A stretch of 64,000 nucleotides of DNA from a virus, in IMG/VR virus record IMGVR_UViG_3300032245_001127, one strand, 5' to 3'. The position numbers and the translations under genes are program-made. The notes under the pieces are model-generated. The model saw nothing but the letters and a program-made list of their open reading frames with translations, was not told the origin of the DNA and searched no databases. Positions 58,381-64,000 of the stretch are shown one piece after another (position 1 is the stretch's first letter; each line of letters starts with the position of its first letter).

Positions 58381-58872
58381 TTATTGTATTAAACTATTTA
58401 ATTCATTTACTACTCGATTAATTAATGATGGTGCAATTAACTTAATTCTTCTTTTTGCGTCGTTAAGTGATATTTCATAATCTCTATTTGTAACTGCAGA
58501 TGCTCCAGCGACAGTACTATCAACTACAAATCCATCTTTTCTATATTCTCTAATCGCATATGGGTTTTGATATTTACGATTAATATGTTCTTCTAATTGT
58601 GCCCACTCAAGTGGGAAATCATTATATACATCATATCGTTCATTTGCAAGCATGATCACCCAATGTAATGAAGCATTACCATATACTTTTTCTGCAAGTA
58701 TTTCTGGTGTTTCACCATCTTTCATATCATAGTATTCCCATAAGGTAATATTTGATAATACTTCTTTTCTTACTCTTACATTTTGAGTAATATCAGAAAC
58801 TACTTTAAAAACATCAACATTTTTTTCTCTTAAAGTATAATATATTTTTGGAAATTTTTTAAAATAAGACAT
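58381..58872 (-). CDS. gp53: baseplate wedge subunit (LysM-like)
   Basis: YFKKFPKI.Y, DGETPEILAEKVYG...LHWVIMLAN, N..KRRIKL. Confidence 0.92.
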   Translation of the reverse strand: MSYFKKFPKIYYTLREKNVDVFKVVSDITQNVRVRKEVLSNITLWEYYDMKDGETPEILAEKVYGNASLHWVIMLANERYDVYNDFPLEWAQLEEHINRKYQNPYAIREYRKDGFVVDSTVAGASAVTNRDYEISLNDAKRRIKLIAPSLINRVVNELNSLIQ

Positions 58873-60065
58873 TAGAATGTATCCACAATAGTTGAATTGA
58901 TAGTAGTGTTAGTTGTTCCTTTTCTCGATACTTCGCCAGTTGCTTCCAATACTTCTTTCGTAATAATAGCAACTTCTTTAAAGTTAAGAGTCATTTGAAC
59001 TCCTGTTGGTGCACCATTTGCGAATGTATTATATTGACCATTTGGTGCATAATTAACATTCATACTCTCAAGAACAGCTGACGTATGTTTATGAATAAAT
59101 TTATTTTCTTTTCCAGCATGTACGTAGAATATGTCAAATTCAGCTGGATATACAAATAAAAATCCATCTGTATCTTTTAATTCTGGATGCATGTGATATT
59201 TAAATTCATCGATAATGTTTTTTACATTCTCAGATTCTTTTTCATTTCTTGGATAAAAGTCATAGATATAACTAAATGTTCTAAAAGGAACTCCTTCGAA
59301 TATTTGTTCTTTTTTTGGATTTACAGCGATCGTGCTCATCTTACCAAGAATTTTACCAGTTTCTCCCATTCCTGCTAATACTGCTGCTCCAATTAAATCT
59401 GCATTTTTCTTTAATACATCTCCAACATTATTCTTCGCTGGACTTGTTGTTGCTCCTTTTAATGCTTCAGCCACATCACTTCCACCTCTGGAAATCATTT
59501 CAAATACATTCGTATCTAATTCGCCATAAGTTACACCATAATTAATCGAAAGATTGTTTGGTACATGTAAAGCGATTGCACTCTGAAGTCTTTTTCTTGG
59601 TTTTGTAAATTGTTTATCACCTGCATCTATATTTGATCCAACAGATCTTGCTGCGTTTTCTTTTGCGGCAGTTGCAGCAACCCCACCAACTCCGAGTGTA
59701 CCTAATACAGCACCTCTTGTGCCAGTGCCTAGTACAGAACCAATCAGTCCACCAGAAACTGCTGCTTTAAGCATTGCGCCAGTAACTGCTTGATTTGCTG
59801 TAAGTTTTGCTCCAGAAAGTGCTCCACCAATTCTTGAAGTAACTTCTGGTATTGTTGTTCCGCGATCGTCAGATTTTGTAAATTTGCTATCTTCTGTAAT
59901 GTTAATATAAAACATTACATATTGATCACCATAAGGATTTTTTCCAGCATTTGTAGAAAGTAGATCAATAGGATACGAGTAGTTGCTTACTCGATATTGA
60001 TCTTGTACGAATGGCGATGTAGCCATTGATGTAGTATCAGAGAGTATTTTTTTAGTTAATTCCAT
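58872..60065 (-). CDS. gp48: baseplate tail-tube cap
   Basis: IALHVP, NPKKEQIFEGV.FRTFSY.YDFYPRN..E, II..FKYHMHP, YP.EFDI, L.FKE. Confidence 0.85.
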   Translation of the reverse strand: MELTKKILSDTTSMATSPFVQDQYRVSNYSYPIDLLSTNAGKNPYGDQYVMFYINITEDSKFTKSDDRGTTIPEVTSRIGGALSGAKLTANQAVTGAMLKAAVSGGLIGSVLGTGTRGAVLGTLGVGGVAATAAKENAARSVGSNIDAGDKQFTKPRKRLQSAIALHVPNNLSINYGVTYGELDTNVFEMISRGGSDVAEALKGATTSPAKNNVGDVLKKNADLIGAAVLAGMGETGKILGKMSTIAVNPKKEQIFEGVPFRTFSYIYDFYPRNEKESENVKNIIDEFKYHMHPELKDTDGFLFVYPAEFDIFYVHAGKENKFIHKHTSAVLESMNVNYAPNGQYNTFANGAPTGVQMTLNFKEVAIITKEVLEATGEVSRKGTTNTTINSTIVDTF

Positions 60066-60072
60066 AGAGTGC

Positions 60073-60080
60073 TATAAATA
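60073..60080 (+). promoter_or_regulatory. late promoter for the plus-strand arm
   Basis: Exact TATAAATA upstream of gp4. Confidence 0.75.
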
Positions 60081-60102
60081 GTTATTATTACTATTATTTC
60101 AT

Positions 60103-60110
60103 TATTTAGG
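60103..60110 (-). promoter_or_regulatory. late promoter for the baseplate operon
   Basis: CCTAAATA upstream of gp48. Confidence 0.65.
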
Positions 60111-60111
60111 T

Positions 60112-60555
60112 ATGTTTCATAAAAGAAAGTATAAACCAATACATCCAGAGAAATATGCAGGTGATCCTACTTGTATTATTCTAAGAAGTTCATGGGAATC
60201 AAGATTTGCATCTTGGTGCGATAGAACACCATCGGTGATTTCATGGAAAAGTGAAGAAATAGTCGTACCCTATCGATCCCCAATCGATAATCGTCTTCAT
60301 CGTTATTTTATTGATTTTTCAGTCTCTGTAAGAGAGAAAGATACAAATACTCTTCGAACATATTTAGTTGAAATTAAGCCAGAATCTCAAACAAAACCAC
60401 CCAAATTTCCTGGACGCCAAACTAGATCATATCTAACAGAATGTAACACTTTCCTTGTAAATTCAGCTAAATGGAAAGCAGCAACAGAATATGCCAAAGA
60501 TAGAGGGCAACATTTTATCATATTAACAGAAAAGCATTTAGGGTTGGCAACCTAA
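60112..60555 (+). CDS. gp4: head completion nuclease
   Basis: P..PEKY.GDP, RSSWE, W.SEE..VPY, HRYF.DF, VEIKP, N.AKW.AA, ILTE. Confidence 0.93.
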   Translation: MFHKRKYKPIHPEKYAGDPTCIILRSSWESRFASWCDRTPSVISWKSEEIVVPYRSPIDNRLHRYFIDFSVSVREKDTNTLRTYLVEIKPESQTKPPKFPGRQTRSYLTECNTFLVNSAKWKAATEYAKDRGQHFIILTEKHLGLAT

Positions 60556-60558
60556 ATA
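60551..60558 (+). promoter_or_regulatory. late promoter
   Basis: CCTAAATA, 5 nt before the gp2 ATG. Confidence 0.65.
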
Positions 60559-60563
60559 GTGCT

Positions 60564-61154
60564 ATGGCAACTAGAATAACAGCACAAACAATCTTCGATA
60601 GATATCGTCAAGATCCCAGTATAAAGAATAAAACTCTTAACTGGTTTCAAAGACAGGTAAATATATTGCAAAAAGATCGAATACAGCCAAACGTATTAGT
60701 TCGTGGCGATAAAGAAAATCGACCTACTTCGCGAATTGTTCCTGGAAACCTTTATATGTTCTTTTATGATCCAAAAGGTAAAGAAGAACTTCCTTATTAT
60801 GATCGATTTCCTTTAGTGTTTCCTTATGATGCATCTGCGGATGGATTTATAGGTTTAAATATGCATTATCTTCCATATCAACTACGAGTTCGATTATTAG
60901 ATCGTTTGTTAGATTATTCTTCAAATAGAAAAATGGATAGCACGACTAGATTAAGATATAGCTGGGCAACTATAAGATCAGCAAGTAAAATGGCACTAGC
61001 CAAACCATGTATTAAATCTTACTTAACAAATCACGTTCAGTCTTCAATGTTAAGAGTTGCTCCTGAAAATTGGTTCACAGCAATGATGTTACCAGTTGAA
61101 AGATTTACGAAAAATAAAAACAACGTCTGGGCAGACAGCATAGGAATGATTTAA
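60564..61154 (+). CDS. gp2: DNA end protector protein
   Basis: FFYDPK.K..LPYYDRFPL, GLNMHYLP, PCIK.YL, LPVERF. Confidence 0.93.
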   Translation: MATRITAQTIFDRYRQDPSIKNKTLNWFQRQVNILQKDRIQPNVLVRGDKENRPTSRIVPGNLYMFFYDPKGKEELPYYDRFPLVFPYDASADGFIGLNMHYLPYQLRVRLLDRLLDYSSNRKMDSTTRLRYSWATIRSASKMALAKPCIKSYLTNHVQSSMLRVAPENWFTAMMLPVERFTKNKNNVWADSIGMI

Positions 61155-62014
61155 TGTCAATATTCGATATTTTCGGAACTACAGAAGCACCACAAAAAGA
61201 AGGAGATATTCGTCAGTTTGTGGCATCAGTTAAAAAAGAAGGTCTTGCTCTTACAAATCGTTTTAGTGCTCGTGTTGGATTGCCTAAGACTCTTCAAGGA
61301 AGAGGTTATACAACAGAAACATCTAAAAAGTTATTTTTATATTGTGACACTGCAACTCTTCCAGGAATTGCATATAGTACATTTCAAGCAAGAACTTATG
61401 GAGAAATTCGTGAGATGCCGTATGAAAGAACTTTTGATCCAGTAGTTTTAACTTTTTATGTGGATAATTCTTTTATAGTTAAAGGATTCTTTGAAGATTG
61501 GCAGAATTCTATACAAAATAACGTAACTAGAGAAATTCAATTTTACGATAATTATACTACATTAGTCGATATATTTGTTTATGATGTTGCAAACAACTCA
61601 AGATATCTTTGTCGTTTACATGAAGCATATCCTAAAATTGTAGCACCAATTCAAATGGATTATGCGAGTAAAGATGTAATGAAATTAAATGTTACAATAC
61701 AATATAAGTATTGGACAAGTCAAGCATTCGCTGCACCAGATACTAAACAAAGAGGATGGATTAGTAAAATATTCGGTGATTCGGTAGAAGATGCTGTAGG
61801 AACAATTACAAACTCATTACCAATTCCAAGCGATTACTTTGGAAATTTTAATCAATTCCAAGAAACTTATAATGATTTATCGAATGGAAATAATATAGGA
61901 AATACATTTAATAATTCAATTAATAGTGCAACTCCTGCAATATATAATACGCAACCAACTTTTACGAATGAAACACTTGCGCAAGTAGCAGGAACCACAT
62001 TCAGAGTAGTTTAA
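61154..62014 (+). CDS. gp54: baseplate tail-tube initiator (gp19-like fold)
   Basis: GLA.TNRF, CD.A.LPG, MPYER, L.FYVD, FFEDW, EAYP, L.V...YKYW. Confidence 0.8.
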   Translation: MSIFDIFGTTEAPQKEGDIRQFVASVKKEGLALTNRFSARVGLPKTLQGRGYTTETSKKLFLYCDTATLPGIAYSTFQARTYGEIREMPYERTFDPVVLTFYVDNSFIVKGFFEDWQNSIQNNVTREIQFYDNYTTLVDIFVYDVANNSRYLCRLHEAYPKIVAPIQMDYASKDVMKLNVTIQYKYWTSQAFAAPDTKQRGWISKIFGDSVEDAVGTITNSLPIPSDYFGNFNQFQETYNDLSNGNNIGNTFNNSINSATPAIYNTQPTFTNETLAQVAGTTFRVV

Positions 62015-62015
62015 T

Positions 62016-62255
62016 ATGAAAGTTTTTATAATGACTATTCTTATGTGTCATGTGGACGCGACAAATTCATTTTATTATACTTCTATGATTGAAGAACCTA
62101 GAATAGAATATAGTACATATGAAGAATGCGTAGATGCAGGAAAAATTAAAAGAAGAGATATGTTAAAATCTTCTTTAAAATATCCTGATTTAGAAATATT
62201 TGACGTAATTATAAAATGCAAAAATTCGATTGAATCGCAAGAGGATTTAATATGA
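62016..62255 (+). CDS. hypothetical protein (79 aa)
   Basis: Hydrophobic N-terminus, three Cys, ATGA coupling to gp16. Confidence 0.65.
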   Translation: MKVFIMTILMCHVDATNSFYYTSMIEEPRIEYSTYEECVDAGKIKRRDMLKSSLKYPDLEIFDVIIKCKNSIESQEDLI

Positions 62256-62677
62256 CAAAACTTGATGATAAATTAAGTGAAACATTTAAAACAGAAGCTG
62301 TTGAAGTAGTTCCACAGCCATTTAAAAAGGAGTCATCTTATGAGAACATTACCGACTCTAAGACTAAAGTTAATAATGATTTTAATACTTCTCGTTCTAA
62401 TTTGCATAACCTTTTAGAAAGAGGAGAAGAAGCATTAATACATGCTTTAGAAATAGCAAAACAATCAGAACATCCAAGAGCATTTGAAGTTGTTGGAAAT
62501 ATGATTAAACAACTTGCTGACGTAAACCAACAACTAATGGATTTACATAATCAGCAAAAAAAGATTGAAGAACCAACTTCTTCATCTGGAAAGCAGATAA
62601 CAAATAACTCGATCTTTGTAGGATCGACTGCTGAATTGAATAAGATAATAGGAAAATATAAACAAGACGGAGAATAA
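62252..62677 (+). CDS. gp16: terminase small subunit
   Basis: DF...R.NL..L.E.G..A, A.QSEHPRAFEV, TNNSIFVGSTAEL. Confidence 0.9.
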   Translation: MTKLDDKLSETFKTEAVEVVPQPFKKESSYENITDSKTKVNNDFNTSRSNLHNLLERGEEALIHALEIAKQSEHPRAFEVVGNMIKQLADVNQQLMDLHNQQKKIEEPTSSSGKQITNNSIFVGSTAELNKIIGKYKQDGE

Positions 62678-62681
62678 TATT

Positions 62682-63413
62682 ATGGCTTTGCCAATGAATA
62701 CGACACCAATTTATACGTTGGTGGTACCATCTACAAAACGTGAACATCGCTTTAAACCATTTGTTGTAAAACAAGAAAAGGCATTATTAATTGCGATGCA
62801 ATCTGAAAACGAAAAGGTGATGGTAGATACTTTAAAAAGTATCATTTCAGATTGTGTACTTGATATAAATGTAAACGAACTTTCAATGTTTGATCTAGAA
62901 TATATATTCTGTTCTTTACGTGGTAAGTCCGTTGGAGAAGAAGTAGAATTAATTGCTCGTTGTAATTCAAAAGAATGTGAAACCAACGATAAAGCAAAAA
63001 CGTTAATTAAATTAAATATAATGGATATCCCAGTGGTTACTGGTGAAGGACATTCTAAAAAAATTCCTTTATTTAATGATGTAGGTGTGATAATGAAATA
63101 TCCATCAATCGATACGTTAATTAAACTAAGTGAGTTTAAAAAAGAAAAATCAGCAGATACTGATTTAATCTTTAAGATAATTGCTGATTGTATTGAAAGT
63201 ATATATGATGGTGTTCAAATATATCCTACAAAGGATCAAACACCAGCTGAAGTGCAAACGTTTTTAGATAATTTAACAAATGAACAGTTTGCTAAAATAC
63301 AAAATTTCTTTACAACAATGCCGAAACTGACAAAGACAATTGAATTTACATGTTCGGTATGTAATAAAGCACAAACTCGTAAAATAGAAGGATTAGCAAA
63401 TTTTTTTTCGTAA
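62682..63413 (+). CDS. gp26: baseplate hub assembly protein
   Basis: MALP....P.Y.L.VPS, PF.VKQEKALL.A, FDLEYIF..LR.KSVGE, FF.TMPKL, C..C, IEGLANFF. Confidence 0.92.
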   Translation: MALPMNTTPIYTLVVPSTKREHRFKPFVVKQEKALLIAMQSENEKVMVDTLKSIISDCVLDINVNELSMFDLEYIFCSLRGKSVGEEVELIARCNSKECETNDKAKTLIKLNIMDIPVVTGEGHSKKIPLFNDVGVIMKYPSIDTLIKLSEFKKEKSADTDLIFKIIADCIESIYDGVQIYPTKDQTPAEVQTFLDNLTNEQFAKIQNFFTTMPKLTKTIEFTCSVCNKAQTRKIEGLANFFS

Positions 63414-63598
63414 TGCTCAGCCATGAGTCATTAGTGAACTTCTATAAAACGAATTTCGCATTAATGCAGTATCACAAATATACGATGACTGAGCTTGATG
63501 AACAGTTACCCTTTGAAAGAGAAGTTTATATAAGTATGTTGATAAAACATCTAGAAGAAGAAAAACAAAGAAACGAACAAAGAAAGTTAAAATCGTAA
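63413..63598 (+). CDS. gp51: baseplate hub assembly catalyst
   Basis: L.NFYKTNFALMQYHKY...EL....PFEREVY..ML. Confidence 0.88.
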   Translation: MLSHESLVNFYKTNFALMQYHKYTMTELDEQLPFEREVYISMLIKHLEEEKQRNEQRKLKS

Positions 63599-64000
63599 AT
63601 GGCACTCGCAGCAGTACTAGAGCAACAACAAACGCAAACGAATAAACCGATCCCAACTACATTAGTTGATTCGGCAGGTCGTCCATTGTCTATTGTCGAA
63701 GAACTTCAAAAATCAACTAAAACTCCGACTCGAGAAGATACAATCGAAGCAAACTCTCAATTAGCAAAACAAACTCAATTATTAGAAATTATTGCGAATG
63801 CTGTAAGTGGAAAAGGTTCTGCTGGTTATAGCGATTCTAAATCAAAATCAAAAGAAGATAATTCAAAGATGTTTTCTGCAGCCACAGGTGGAATCGTAGG
63901 TGCAATTACTGTAATGTTATTAAACACAATCAAATTTCTCGGTTCATTCGTACTCCGTGCAGTTCCGCAAATTGGAAAATTATTGTTAGCGACAGTGGCA
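63599..64000 (+). CDS. probable tape-measure (gp29-like) protein, 5' part
   Basis: ATG directly after the gp51 TAA; MALAAVLEQQQ...TREDTIEAN...GGIVGAITVMLL...; open to the window end. Confidence 0.6.
   Translation, partial: MALAAVLEQQQTQTNKPIPTTLVDSAGRPLSIVEELQKSTKTPTREDTIEANSQLAKQTQLLEIIANAVSGKGSAGYSDSKSKSKEDNSKMFSAATGGIVGAITVMLLNTIKFLGSFVLRAVPQIGKLLLATVA

Noticed and set aside
52112-60065. Type VI secretion or extracellular contractile injection system
   Set aside because: Capsid, portal, terminase and neck genes show this is a complete phage tail.
1-64000. Stop-codon reassignment, tRNA genes, host assignment
   Set aside because: Genes tile fully under the standard code; no cloverleaf seen in the few short gaps; AT richness and def alone cannot identify the host.

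Overview
This AT-rich 64-kb window is a continuous, densely coding segment of a T4-like myophage genome with the gene order of aquatic T4-like phages. The host cannot be determined from the sequence. Positions 1-60,065 are on the minus strand and read, in transcription order: baseplate and tail spike (gp48, gp53, hub, gp5, PAAR, gp25, gp6, gp7, gp8, a 2401-aa VrlC-like protein); a ~17-kb block of fibre/adaptor genes; neck, tail and head genes (gp13-15, gp17-23, gp3); then uvsY, uvsW, gp55, gp47, gp46, peptide deformylase and a CobT-like HExxH/VWA protein that runs off the left edge. A divergent plus-strand arm (60,112-64,000) carries gp4, gp2, gp54, a displaced gp16, gp26, gp51 and the start of a probable tape-measure gene. 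I found no tRNA, CRISPR array, intron, intein or transposon. Main observations: (1) the fibre genes end in recurring C-terminal peptide tags followed by recurring N-terminal domains in the next gene, suggesting a tag/catcher chain for fibre assembly; (2) one fibre is built from two alternative 37-aa (111-bp) modules in exact register; (3) gp5 has an apparently degenerate lysozyme domain plus a C-terminal M15 peptidase; (4) a TT(G/C)CAA-N12-TA(T/C)AAT promoter class precedes uvsY, gp55 and gp46, with one copy pointing antisense; (5) many transcripts appear leaderless. All product calls come from motif recognition and synteny, not database searches.
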